A DNA stretch of 64,000 nt, taken from contig NIVC01003922.1 in NCBI GenBank assembly GCA_002269645.1, forward strand, positions 1 to 64,000. Direction: 5' to 3'. Positions 33,461 through 46,699 of the stretch are shown here, piece after piece. Source of the DNA: Macrostomum lignano. Lineage: Eukaryota. The notes under the pieces were generated by a model, which was not told where the DNA came from, made no database searches, and saw nothing but the letters and a program-made list of their open reading frames with translations. Made by a program: the position numbers and the translations under genes. Within the stretch, counting starts at the first letter, position 1, and each line of letters opens with the position of its first letter.

Positions 33461-36400
33461 TCAGTCCAGCTGCAGCAGCGGCTCATCAAAGGTCGCCCCG
33501 CTGGCAGGCCGGTGCAGCCCCGTTCGACTCTGTGAGCGACCTCCGTCGACTTCTTCCCCGGCGCCGCCGCCGTCGGTGCAGTCCAGCATTTCGTCGTCGC
33601 GCTGAGAGGCGCCGAACTCGTCCCCGTCATCATCATCGCCGAACTCCTCGTGTAGCGGCGTGGTGCTCTGGTACTGGAACGTGTTCTTAGTCAGGTCCAT
33701 CTCGATTGGGAAAATTCTGCACGCCTTCATCATCTCATGACAGTCGGTGTGGTACGTGCTCATGGCCTGCACGAGGCGCTGCAGCTGCGAGACCGTGTCC
33801 TGAACTGCGGGGGCGAGTGGGATCACGGAGACTCGTGCTCAAACTGAGGATCTGGGAGATGCTCTGCTCAAACTGAGGATCTGGGAGATGCTTTGCTCAA
33901 ACTGAGGATCTGGGAGATGCTCTGCTCAAACTGAGGATCTGGGAGATGCTTTGCTCAAACTGAGGATCTGGGAGATGCTTTGCTCAAACTGAGGATCCGG
34001 GAGATGCTCTGCTCAAACTGAGGATCTGGGAGATGCTTTGCTCAAACTGAGGATCTGGGAGATGCTCTGCTCAAACTGAGGATCTGGGAGATGCTTTGCT
34101 CAAACTGAGGATCCGGGAGATGCTCTGCTCAAACTGAGGATCTGGGAGATGCTTTGCTCAAACTGAGGATCTGGGAGATGCTCTGCTCAAACTGAGGATC
34201 TGGGAGATGCTTTGCTCAAACTGAGGATCTGGGAGATGCTTTGCTCAAACTGAGGATCCGGGAGATGCTCTGCTCAAACTGAGGATCTGGGAGATGCTTT
34301 GCTCAAACTGAGGATCTGGGAGATGCTCTGCTCAAACTGAGGATCTGGGAGATGCTTTGCTCAAACTGAGGATCCGGGAGATGCTCTGCTCAAACTGAGG
34401 ATCTGGGAGATGCTTTGCTCAAACTGAGGATCTGGGAGATGCTCTGCTCAAACTGAGGATCTGGGAGATGCTTTGCTCAAACTGAGGATCTGGGAGATGC
34501 TCTGCTCAAACTGAGGATCTGGGAGATGCTTTGCTCAAACTGAGGATCTGGGAAATGCTTTGCTCAAACTGAGGATCTGGGAGATGCTTTGCTCAAACTG
34601 AGGATCTGGGAGATGCTTTGAACTCAAACTGAGGATCTAGGAGATGCTTTGCTCAAACTGAGGATCTGGGAGATGCTTTGCTCAAACTGAGGATCTGGGA
34701 GATGCTTTGCTCAAAATGAGGATCTGGGAGATGCTTTGCTCAAACTGAGGATCTGGGAGATGCTTTGCTCAAACTGAGGATCTGGGAGATGCTCTGCTCA
34801 AACTGAGGATCTGGGAGATGCTTTGCTCAAACTGAGGATCTGGGAGATGCTTTGCTCAAACTGAGGATCGGGAGATGCTTTGCTCAAACTGAGGATCTGG
34901 GAGATGCTCTGCTCAAACTGAGGATCTGGGAGATGCTTTGCTCAAACTGAGGATCGGGAGATGCTTTGCTCAAACTGAGGATCTGGGAGATGCTCTGCTC
35001 AAACTGAGGATCTGGGAGATGCTTTGCTCAAACTGAGGATCTGGGAGATGCTTTGCTCAAACTGAGGATCTGGGAGATGCTTTGCTCAAACTGAGGATCT
35101 GGGAGATGCTCTGCTCAAACTGAGGATCTGGGAGATGCTCTGCTCAAACTGAGGATCTGGGAGATGCTTTGCTCAAACTGAGGATCTGGGAGATGCTCTG
35201 CTCAAACTGAGGATCTGGGAGATGCTTTGCTCAAACTGAGGATCTGGGAGATGCTTTGCTCAAACTGAGGATCCGGGAGATGCTCTGCTCAAACTGAGGA
35301 TCTGGGAGATGCTTTGCTCAAACTGAGGATCTGGGAGATGCTCTGCTCAAACTGAGGATCTGGGAGATGCTTTGCTCAAACTGAGGATCCGGGAGATGCT
35401 CTGCTCAAACTGAGGATCTGGGAGATGCTTTGCTCAAACTGAGGATCTGGGAGATGCTCTGCTCAAACTGAGGATCTGGGAGATGCTTTGCTCAAACTGA
35501 GGATCTGGGAGATGCTCTGCTCAAACTGAGGATCTGGGAGATGCTTTGCTCAAACTGAGGATCTGGGAAATGCTTTGCTCAAACTGAGGATCTGGGAGAT
35601 GCTTTGCTCAAACTGAGGATCTGGGAGATGCTTTGCTCAAACTGAGGATCTGGGAGATGCTTTGCTCAAACTGAGGATCTGGGAGATGCTTTGCTCAAAC
35701 TGAGGATCTGGGAGATGCTTTGCTCAAACTGAGGATCTGGGAGATGCTTTGCTCAAACTGAGGATCTGGGAGATGCTTTGCTCAAAATGAGGATCTGGGA
35801 GATGCTTTGCTCAAACTGAGGATCTGGGAGATGCTTTGCTCAAACTGAGGATCTGGGAGATGCTCTGCTCAAACTGAGGATCTGGGAGATGCTTTGCTCA
35901 AACTGAGGATCTGGGAGATGCTTTGCTCAAACTGAGCATCTGGGAGATGCTTTGCTCAAACTGAGGATCTGGGAGATGCTTTGCTCAAACTGAGGATCTG
36001 GGAGATGCTTTGCTCAAACTGAGGATCTGGGAGATGCTTTGCTCAAACTGAGGATTTGGGAGATGCTTTGCTCAAACTGAGGATCTGGGAGATGCTTTGC
36101 TCAAACTGAGGATCTGGGAGATGCTTTGCTCAAACTGAGGATTTGGGAGATGCTTTGCTCAAACTGAGGATCTAGGAGATGCTTTGCTCAAACTGAGGAT
36201 CTGGGAGATGCTTTGCTCAAACTGAGGATCTGGGAGATGCTTTGCTCAAACTGAGGATCTGGGAGATGCTGTGCTCAAACTGAGGATTTGGGAGATGCTT
36301 TGCTCAAACTGAGCATCTGGGAGATGCTTTACTCTCAAACTGAGGATCTGGGAGATGCTTTACTCTCAAACTGAGGATCTGGGAGATGCTTTGCTCAAAC

Positions 36401-39400
36401 TGAGGATCTGGGAGATGCTTTGCTCAAACTGAGGATCTGGGAGATGCTTTGCTCAAACTGAGGATCTGGGAGATGCTTTGCTCAAACTGAGGATCTGGGA
36501 GATGCTTTGCTCAAACTGAGGATCTGGGAGATGCTTTGCTCAAACTGAGGATCTGGGAGATGCTCTGCTCAAACTGAGGATCTGGGAGATGCTTTGCTCA
36601 AACTGAGGATCCGGGAGATGCTCTGCTCAAACTGAGGATCTGGGAGATGCTTTGCTCAAACTGAGGATCTGGGAGATGCTCTGCTCAAACTGAGGATCTA
36701 AGACAGCGGCTCACCATGCTTATTATCCAGCAGCTCGATCTTCACCAGCACATCGTTCCGCATTTTGGCGAACCGGGCTCGGGCCTCTTGGCGGCAGCGC
36801 AGAATCAGCCTGTGGTTTGAGGGGCGGATAAAAAGTAGTTATTGGGGGCGGATAATGAATGATTCTCGGGGGGCGGATAATGGGTGATTCTGGGGGGCAG
36901 ATAATGGGTGATTTTAGGGCGGATAATGGGTGATTCTGGGCGGATAATGGGTGATTCTGGGGCGGATAATGGGTGATTCTGGGGCGGATAATGGGTGATT
37001 CTGGGGCGGATAATGGGCGATTCTGGGGCGGATAATGGGTGATTCTGGGGCGGATAATGGGTGATTCTGGGGCGGATAATGGGCGATTCTGGGGCGGATA
37101 ATGGGCGATTCTGGGGCGGATAATGGGTGATTCTAGGGCGGATAATGGGTGATTCTGGGGCGGATAATGGGTGATTCTGGGGCGGATAATGGGTGATTCT
37201 GGGGCGGATAATGGGTGATTCTGGGGCGGATAATGGGCGATTCTGGGGCGGATAATGGGCGATTCTGGGGCGGATAATGGGCGATTAGGCGGAAACAGGG
37301 AAAAGGACATAAATTTAGTGATTACTGTAACCTCACCTGTACTCATAGTTCCCCGTCTCCACTCTGTACAGAGGCTCCTGCAGTGCAATGTAGCTGTACT
37401 CTTCATCGTCCATCTCCTTCACCTTGAGGCAGTAGGACTGAAACATCAAATTATTTGATGTAATTACGATCTGTCATAACAAAAACAAGATTAACAATAA
37501 CTATAAATAACAGTGAGTGTAAGCTTACCAAGTATTCAAACTTGCTATCCAGGTACTTCTTAATTGTCAGTTTGGTATCTGGCACAGCCTTAGTAACAAA
37601 GGTGTTCATATCGCTGATCATCTGAAAAATTTATATTAAATAAAAGTATTAAAATCCCGATATGTACCGCATACGACGTAACTATGCAGGAAACGCATAG
37701 CAACAAAAGATGACCAAAGTCAAGTCAGCTGACCCCCATGACGTGCCTTGACCCCATGACAGGGCTTGACCCCCTGACAGGGCTTGACCTCCATGACAGG
37801 GCTTGACCCTATGACAGACATTGACCCTATGACAAACCTTGACCCTCAGGACAGGGCTTGACCTCCCTTGACAGGGCTTGACCCCCCCTTGACAGGGCTT
37901 GACCCCCCCCCTGACAGGGCTTGACCTCCATGACAGGGCTTGACCCCCATGACAGAGCTTGACCCCCATGACAGGGTTTGACCCCCCATGACAGGGCTTG
38001 ACCGACCCCCATTACAGAGCTTGACCGACCCCCATGACAGAGCTTGACCCCCATGACAGAGCTTGACCTCCATGACAGAGGTGGTCCGCACCGGCTTAAT
38101 AGTTCTCAAGCAGTCGATGGCCGCCTGCTCCATCCGCCTGTGGATGCTGCCAAAGTGCGAGAAGGCCTCTGAGGCTCGCGGCTGCGGCTCCTTCACCCCG
38201 ATCTCGGAGAACACCTCGCCGAAGGCCCGCTGCACCTGGCTGAGCCGGTAGAAGGACTTGATGAGCGCCTTGGCATGGTTCATCAGGCCGAAGAACATCC
38301 CGGCTGTGCTGTTCATCTCCTCCAGCTTCTTGATGAGGCCGTCTACGGAGGATTGAGGATGCTTGCTGCGTATTCATGTTCATAACTAAAGCTGTTATTT
38401 GGATGGGTTTCCTACATACATGTAAAGGATCTGAACTCCCAGATTCAGGAGGTGGACTCTCAGTTTTGGATGTGGACTCTCAGATTCGGAATGTGGACTC
38501 CCAGATTCAGGAGTTGGACTCTCAGATTCGGAATGTGGACTCTCAGATTCGGAATGTGGACTCTCAGATTCAGGAGGTGGACTCTCAGATTCGGAATGTG
38601 GACTCTCAGATTCAGGAGGTGGACTCTCAGATTCGGAATGTGGACTCTCAGATTCAGGAGGTGGACTCTCAGTTTTGGATGTGGACTCTCAGATTCAGGA
38701 GGTGGACTCTCAGATTCAGGAGGTGGACTCTCAGTTTTGAATGTGGACTCTCAGATTCAGGAGGTGGACTCTCAGTTTTGGATGTGGACTCTCAGATTCG
38801 AAATGTGGACTCCCAGATTCAGGAGGTGGACTCTCAGATTCGAAATGTGGACTCCCAGATTCGGAATGTGGACTCCCAGATTCAGGAGGTGGACTCTCAG
38901 ATTCGGAATGTGGACTCCCAGATTCAGGAGGTGGACTCTCAGATTCGGAATGTGGACTCTCAGATTCGGAATGTGGACTCTCAGATTCGGAATGTGGACT
39001 CCCAGTTTCAGGAGGTGGACTCTCAGATTCAGGAGGTGGATTCTCAGATTCAGAATGCGGACTCAGAATTTGAGGCAGAACAGCCAGCACACCCACCGTT
39101 GACCAGGATAGCGCGGGACAGCCCCAGTGCATCAGCCGTAGTGCTGGACATGGACTCAACCACTCGGTGCTTTGCCTTCTTCAGCACTGAAAAAATAAGT
39201 AAATAAATAGCACTGAAATAATTTTAATAAAAGTAAATTGTTTTTTATTAAAAAATCGTTTCATACTACTTACCTATATCCAAAGACTTGCCCTGCTTAG
39301 GGTCGGCGTGAAGACAGTTGTACCCAATGGTTACTTGGCTCTGCAAGTGTTGGCAATATTATAGGTGTTTAGTAGGGGGCTAAAAAGCACTCTGGCTCTG

Positions 39401-42235
39401 GAAAAGCACTCTGGAACTAAATCTCTCTGGCTCTGGGAATGCACTCTGGAACTAAATCTCTGGCTCTGGGAAAGCACTCTGGAACTAAATCTCTCTGGCT
39501 CTGGGAATGCACTCTGGAACTAAATCTCTCTGGCTCTGGGAAAGCACTCTGGAACTAAATCTCTCTGGCTCTGGGAATGCACTCTGGAACTAAATCTCTC
39601 TGGCTCTGGGAAAGCACTCTGGAACTAAATCTCTCTGGCTCTGGGAATGCACTCTGGAACTAAATCTCTCTGGCTCTGGGAAAGCACTCTGGAACTAAAT
39701 CTCTCTGGCTCTGGGAAGGCACTCTGGAACTAAATCTCTCTGGCTCTGGAAAGCACTCTGGAACTAAATCTCTCTGGCTCTGGGAAGGCACTCTGGAACT
39801 AAATCTCTCTGGCTCTGGGAAAGCACTCTGGAACTAAATCTCTCTGGCTCTGGGAAGGCACTCTGGAACTAAATCTCTCTGGCTCTGGGAAAGCACTCTG
39901 GAACTAAATCTCTCTGGCTCTGGGAAAGCACTCTGGAACTAAATCTCTCTGGCTCTGGGAAGGCACACTGGAAATAAATCTCTCTGGCTCTGGGAAAGCA
40001 CTCTGGAACTAAATCTCTCTGGCTCTGGGAAGGCACACTGGAAATAAATCTCTCTGGCTCTGGCCTCTGGGAAAGCACTCTGGAACTAAATTTCTCTGGC
40101 TCTGGGAAGGCACACTGGAACTAAATCTCTCTGGCTCTGGGAAGGCACTCTGGAACTAAATCTCTCTGGCTCTGGGAAGGCACTCTGGAACTAAATCTCT
40201 CTGGCTCTGGGAAGGCACACTGGAAATAAATCTCTCTGGCTCTGGGAAAGCACTCTGGAACTAAATCTCTCTGGCTCTGGGAAAGCACTCTGGAACTAAA
40301 TCTCTCTGGCTCTGGGAAGGCACTCTGGAACTAAATCTCTCTGGCTCTGGGAAAGCACTCTGGAACTAAATCTCTCTGGCTCTGGAAGGCACACTGGAAC
40401 TAAATCTCTCTGGCTCTGGGAAAGCACTCTGGAACTAAATCTCTCTGGCTCTGGGAAGGCACTCTGGAACTAAATCTCTCTGGCTCTGGGAAAGCACTCT
40501 GGAACTAAATCTCTCTGGCTCTGGGAAGGCACTCTGGAACTAAATCTCTCTGGCTCTGGGAAAGCACTCTGGAACTAAATCTCTCTGGCTCTGAGAAGGC
40601 ACACTGGAACTAAATCCCTCTGGCTCTGGGAAGGCACACTGGAACTAAATCTCTCTGGCTCTGGGCACTCTGGTACTAAACAGTTGCACAATTCTCAGCA
40701 TTTTAGAAAGCTTTGATATTACTCCAAAAGCTTAAAGTCAATCGTTACTCAGCTCACCTTGAAGCTCTGAATGAACCTGGCCACCTCCACTTTACTTTTG
40801 GACTTGACGCTCTGCCCGTTGACGCTGACGATTTCGTCGCCACTTTTCAGCGTGCCATCCCTAGCGGCGGGGGTGTTGTCAAAGATCTGCACAACGTACA
40901 GGCAGGGACAGTAGGGCGCCCCGCCACCGATGCTGATCCCGATCAGATTCTGCCCGTCCTTTTCCAGGGTCACCACGCCGGAGGTGACCCGCATGCCCCT
41001 TGAGCGCGAGTGTGAAAAGTTTCAATCAGTTGGATCGCTAGCAAATTTACACTTTTAAAGCTGTTATTAAAAGTACTTGCACCGCTTAAGTGCATGCAGG
41101 AGATAGTTTATTTAAATAATGAAACTTCACGATTTTGGATATCTCAGTTTTGTATTCCGGATGTGAACTCCGGGAATCAGAATATGAGCTTAGATTATTA
41201 GATTATTAGATGAGCTTAGATCTTAGATTCAGAATGTGGGTTCGGGTTCTTAGATTCAAGGTGTGGGTTCTTAGATTCAGGGTGTGGGTTCTTAGATTCA
41301 AGGTGTGGGTTCTTAGATTCAGAATGTGGGTTCTTAGATTCAGGTTTGGGTTCTTAGATTCAAGGTGTGGGTTCTTATATTCAGGGTGTGGATTCTTAGA
41401 TTCAGAATGTGGGTTCTTAGATTCAAGGTTTGGGTTCTTAGACTCAGGATGTGGATTCTTAGATTCAAGGTGTGGGTTCTTAGATTCAGGGTGTGGGTTC
41501 TTAGATTCAGGGTGTGGATTCTTAGATTCAGAATGTGGGTTTTTTAGATTCAAGGTGTGGGTTCTTAGATTCAGGGTGTGGATTCTTAGATTCAGGATGT
41601 GGATTCTTAAGTTCAGGCTGTGGATTCTTAGATTCAGGGTGTGGGCTCCTAAATTCAGGGTGTGGGCTCCTAAATTCAGGGTGTGGGTTCCTAAATTCAG
41701 GGTGTGGTTTCTTAGATTCAGGGTGTGGGTTCCTCAATTCAGGGTGTGGGTTCTTAGATTCAGAATGCGGGTTCTTAGATTTAAAGTGTGGGTTCTTGAA
41801 TCTAGGGTGTGGGTTTTTAGATTTAAGACATGGTTTTAATGGGCTCAGAGTTCTATGTTCTAGATAGCTTTCATAAAACTACATTTTTACATTAAAAAGA
41901 CTGATTTTACAACCACATGATGAAAGCATTTTAATGAAAAAAACGATGGCACAAAATATCAAATAAGGACAAACCAAAATTGAACTAGACATAACTGGCC
42001 AATGGTTTGGTAAAAGCAGAGACCCTAGCTAATTCAAAAGAAAAATAGAGTTTCTCTATTCAGAAGCACACTACAAAGTAAAAGAAGTAATCAAGGATTA
42101 AAAAGTTTTAGCTAAAAAGTCAAAGTTTAATTGTTACCTGCGATCTTGAGCAACTTTGCTAAGATCATCCCTATCAGTGGGATCATCACAGTAAGTGCTC
42201 AAGGGCAGATAGCCAGGTGGTATGTCAGGCTCCAT
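33461..42235 (-). CDS. PICK1: PICK1 (PDZ + BAR domain), 9 coding exons, 459 aa
   Basis: Exons 42235-42138, 40998-40758, 39340-39274, 39186-39097, 38342-38092, 37621-37529, 37437-37337, 36809-36715, 33804-33461. All introns are GT-AG with compatible phases, 1380 nt, no internal stop. Matches PICK1 motifs NLIGISIGGGAPYCPCLYVVQIFDNTPA and SYCLKVKEMDDEEYS...NYEYRLILRCRQEAR. The first exon is the least certain. Confidence 0.96.
33837..36699. repeat. 29-bp minisatellite (GCTCAAACTGAGGATCTGGGAGATGCTYT), ~99 copies, PICK1 intron 8
   Basis: Fills almost all of the 2910-nt intron. Confidence 0.98.
36845..37290. repeat. 22-bp minisatellite (GATAATGGGTGATTCTGGGGCG), PICK1 intron 7
   Basis: About 20 copies. 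Confidence 0.95.
37730..38078. repeat. ~19-21-bp minisatellite (CATGACAGGGCTTGACCCC), PICK1 intron 5
   Basis: Tandem copies varying in C-run length. Confidence 0.93.
38428..39070. repeat. 21-bp minisatellite (GTGGACTCTCAGATTCAGGAG), PICK1 intron 4
   Basis: About 30 copies. Confidence 0.95.
39388..40675. repeat. 35-bp minisatellite (GCACTCTGGAACTAAATCTCTCTGGCTCTGGGAAD), PICK1 intron 2
   Basis: About 37 copies. Confidence 0.96.
41205..41830. repeat. 21-bp minisatellite (GTGGGTTCTTAGATTCAGGGT), PICK1 intron 1
   Basis: About 29 copies. Confidence 0.95.
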
Positions 42236-43859
42236 TATTTATTCTGCTTGTAGCTAACTAAAATCTGGTAGGTGGAATTGGTGAAGTGCATATCATATTA
42301 GAAAATGTGAAAATGAAATGCATTAGTTTTGTAACATAAGCTCTGCATATCTCTTCTTGATGGTAAAATTATTTTAATAAATGTTTAATACAAGGACAAA
42401 GTAGACTATATTTTTTAAAGAGACTAATAGTGCAACTTAATAAAGCATTTGTTTTTATTAATAGATATCACTATATTATATTATATCAAATGTGTGATTA
42501 GTTATCAAGCCTATGGGCTAGTGTTAGCTAGTTTTAGCTTAAGTATAATTATTTAGGCCTAATCCATTGGAATATTTGACTAGTTAACTATAGGATAGTA
42601 TGGCATACTAGTATGATATGATATATAAAATTAGAGTATGTTAATATAGATATAAAATAATATTTGCAAGCCAAGATGATGACTCTAACCAAGTTAAAAA
42701 GGAAAATTCTAGGCTAAAAGACTGATCTAGCCTATATGCACCTTTATAATATACAGCCTAATATAGTTTTAATATACTTCTTAATGATGAAACTAATAAT
42801 ATTGCTTAAATTCTTACCACTATATACCAAAACCTATATTATAAAAAATTTCAGATTGTGTATTTAGTATACATTGGGTTTAATGCCAGAAAAAAATTAT
42901 GAGACCTCATTTGTATGCCAGGTTTGTATGCTGATACAAAAAAATTTCTTTTTTGTTCAAATTTGTCAAAAATATTGCTAAGATATACTTTGATTCATGC
43001 TAAAAATTGTTAAGTACCTTTTTATTTTTATATGCTAGGAAATCCTGGCATACATGTTGCCTTCCAAACTATAGTAGACATATAGTTTTCATTTTTAGTA
43101 TATCTAAATAATAAGCATTAAATAGTTCCCTTGATTCAGATATACTAGTTTAATTTATTTCTTATACTAATACCCTATATAGTTTAGAAGGAAACCTATA
43201 TGCTAGGATTTCCTAGTATACAACAAGGGTCTTAACATTTTTTAGAGTTTATTAAGATATATCCTAGCATACATGACAAAGTAGATACATTGAGTCAAAT
43301 GACAAATTTTTTATATTGGCATACAAACAAGGTCTCATTATTTTTTTCTAGCATTAAACCTGGCATACACTAATACATAATCTGAACTATGGCTAGTACC
43401 TTTTATCCCCGCTACAAAATGTGGCTGTTTCTTTGGCTGATTCCAAGCGGAAACACCTATGTTTTCATACAAGGATCCCACTCACACACAAAATCATCCC
43501 AATTAGACAGTTCTGGGCGCAAGAAACTGCCAAAAAAACCCACCCAGTAAGAAATCACCCAAAAAAACAACAAGAGAAGAGTTTCCAACTGAAAAAAACC
43601 ACTGAACACTTGGCGGTTTCTTTCAAAGATTCCAGCCATGTTGAAAATTGGAATCATACATGCCCAACACCTGTCTGACCTGTCCGAACCAGATAGGTAA
43701 AATGGTCACCCGCCAAGGTAAGTCACAAAATCAAAAATGGGAAAATGAAAAAAAATTAAGGGAAGAAAAAAAGTAAAGGAAGAGAAAAGGAAAAGAAAGG
43801 AAGAAGAAGAGAGAGGAGAAAGAGGAGAGAAAAAGAGAAAGAGAAGAAAAGAGAACAGA

Positions 43860-44108
43860 GGAACTAAGTCACAATTAGGAGGAACTAAGTCACAATTGGG
43901 AAGAAGTAAGTCGCAATCAGGAGGAACTAAGTTGCAATCCGGAAGAAGTAAGTTGCAATCAGGAGGAACTAAGTCGCAATCAGGAGGAACTAAGTTGCAA
44001 TCAGGAGGAACTAAGTTGCAATTGGGAGGAAATAAGTCACAATTGGGAAGAAGTTAGTCACAATCAGGAGGAACTAAGTTGCAATCAAGAGGAACTAAGT
44101 CGCAATCA
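43860..44108. repeat. 21-bp minisatellite (AGGAGGAACTAAGTTGCAATC)
   Basis: About 12 copies, preceded by an AG-rich tract at 43740-43860. Confidence 0.92.
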
Positions 44109-45547
44109 GGATCCGCGCTTCAGTATTAGCATCAGTTGATAGGCAAGATTCTATAGCAATAGATTCAGCATGAGCAGTGCGCCGTTGTACAAATTCTGTC
44201 TCAAGACATCTAGTTTCTTCATTCATTTCAAAAACAGCTTCTCTTTCAGCTAACATTATTTGAGAAGAGCAATATGCGTGGGCTATTGCATCTGCACCAT
44301 GAATCTCAATTTCTGCATTTTGCATAGCTAGATCTCTATTAGAATCAACAACCTCTGGATTTTGCATTGCCATTAATAGTCCCTCTCTGTGTGAGCTTGC
44401 TGAACATTGGGATGGTGGTGCTTCTAGTTCCCTTGAATGTGCTGTAGCTGCACCATCACCTGATCCTTGGGCTGCACTTAAGATTGCTGTTAATTTTCTT
44501 CTAATATCCAATGTGCACAAGAACAATCATTCACTTCTCTAGGAGTTACATGACCAAGTTTCCATTGTGTAAAGAGCAATGGCTTTTGCTCTTCAGTTGC
44601 AAAAACGGGGCACCAGTTGATGGAATAGTCTTCATGGCCTTTTTCATCCCATTCACGTGCAGGACTCAGTATATAGTCAGGTGCTGGTCTATCTTTAAGT
44701 GAAATATATAATGACTCAAAGAATGTACACCAGTTGTTCTGTGTACCTCTTGCATAAATGATCATGTCGTGAATTCTATGTTGAATTATAGCAGTCAAAT
44801 CCTCATTGATTGGAATTCTATCGACAAACGTAGGTCGCCTGTTAGATAGGTGCATCTTTGCTAGACGTAACTTTGCAATGCTATTTAGGTAGTCTGCGGC
44901 ATCTTCATTTCTTGAATAGTCTTTCTGATACAGAAGCATAAGGGCCATAGGACTTTTGCCATTACCATTCTTCAGTACATTTGGGTCACTTGGAAGTTGT
45001 TTACTTGCTGATTTGAAAAATTCGAAAATTGAAGATTGCGATGCCCTAGCTGGTGCTTCCTTAGACAGTAGTCCTTGACCAGTTTTACCTGTATACCCAA
45101 TTGCAGAGTCAGTGAAGTACATGTCTGCTGTACTTATTCTATCCTTTGATGCAATTACAAAAAAATCAGTTTTTTCCTTCATTGCAGTGCAATAGAAGTC
45201 TGCAGAAAAAGTAATGACTAGTTTTCTGAACTGGCCATGATATTCCTGGACACCAATCAGCAAGTAGTCACGTAGCCTTTGTCATAGTCAGGCTTTGTCA
45301 TAATGCAGAAGTTGAACGCTTCCACTACATTATCTGGATCTGTTGCTGTTGATGTAGATTTTCTCAAACATACAAGCTTTAATTCAACAAATTCCGAAAA
45401 CTCTTGAGAGCCAAGATAGGGTCCATCAGTATTCAGCTCATTTATAACAAAAGTACACAATCTGTCTGGATCAGTCTGACAGTTTATTGAAGCACAGCAG
45501 AAACATAGGGCAAGTAGTGCAATTTTGCAAGAAAAGCTGTACCTTAT
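44095..45547 (-). pseudogene. Intronless secreted protein with lamin-tail-like domain, two frameshifts, start codon reads ATA
   Basis: Signal-like (I)RYSFSCKIALLALCFCCASINC, then FVINELNTDGP...EFVELK, NGNGKSPMALMLLY and KLGHVTPREVNDC. Three tiled ORFs joined by 1-nt losses near 45265 and 44495. Confidence 0.6.
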
Positions 45548-46699
45548 TCTTACTTAGCTGGACCTAAAATGCAAGTGACAAGTCTTTCTTTAGCTACAAA
45601 GGTTTACCAACTTGATTGTTGAAATGCTTTATCCAATGAAATGAATAAAGGTTACAATTTGCAAGTAGCTTAGCAAAAGCAACACTTACCACTTCCACAA
45701 GTCAGAGTTACCAGTGCCTATACTTTTTACTGAAGATAGTTTTGTTGCAGTTTGCCTTCAGCCTTATCTGGTTGCCTTAAACTGAAGCTTTCTGTTTGTT
45801 AACAAAAAATCTAGCCCACACAAGGCCTATATATACACAAGTTAGTTTGCCAAACATAGAGTACAATATGTAAAGTGTAGCCAATAGGGTACATTGGTAC
45901 AAGCTATAGTGCAATTTACTGCAGTCTGAAATGCTGCATAAGTGAATGATAAATCAATCAGGAAAGATAGTCAGGGCAGGAGAAAGGAAAGAGAAATGAG
46001 GTACTTTTATTTTTCAATAAGCATAGCCATAAGCAAGGCGTGCCACCCCCCCCCCTCGGTCTTTCAGCGTGGTGGCGAATAGGTAAGTTGCAAATCTGGA
46101 CAAAACTAAGTTGCACCAGACAGGTGAAATTTTGAGGTTGGTCATATATGATCAGAATTAATGAAGGAACCCATCAAAAACTTTGGCAGGTTCTCACAAA
46201 GCTTTGGATGATTCCTGCAGAATCCACCATTTACTATATTTCAGGAAACTGCTAAGAGAATCAAATTGAATTTCATTTTTAGAGGCCATTCATTTGCTTG
46301 AAATGTTCTTAATGTTTTAAAAATTTAACAAGTATATAAATATAAAGCAACTATGATTATATACTGTTCATATTATACAGTAATTTTATCCTGCATTTGT
46401 ATGGTGACATTGTTTGTAACATGTAAATATCACTTTCAAAAAGTAGGAATTTAACAAAATATATATCTGCTACGATTTAACAGTTGACTTCATTTTTCAG
46501 CTACTGTTCTGGTCAGTTCTTTGCTTTCTTATACTTAGCCCTTACCCTAGTCAGGCCCATCATAGCAATATCTCGCCTTTTAAAATATGAGACAATGCGA
46601 GTGCATGATGCACCTTAACCATAATGCTTCATAGTGTAAACCCTATGACTGAGCTGCTAGTATAGTATGTTGTAATTGGACAGTATGATCAGATACCTT

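Noticed and set aside
38376-41867. ORFs of 100-276 aa such as (VDSQIRN)n and (RFRVWVL)n
   Set aside because: They are products of 21-bp intronic satellites of PICK1, open in several frames on both strands.
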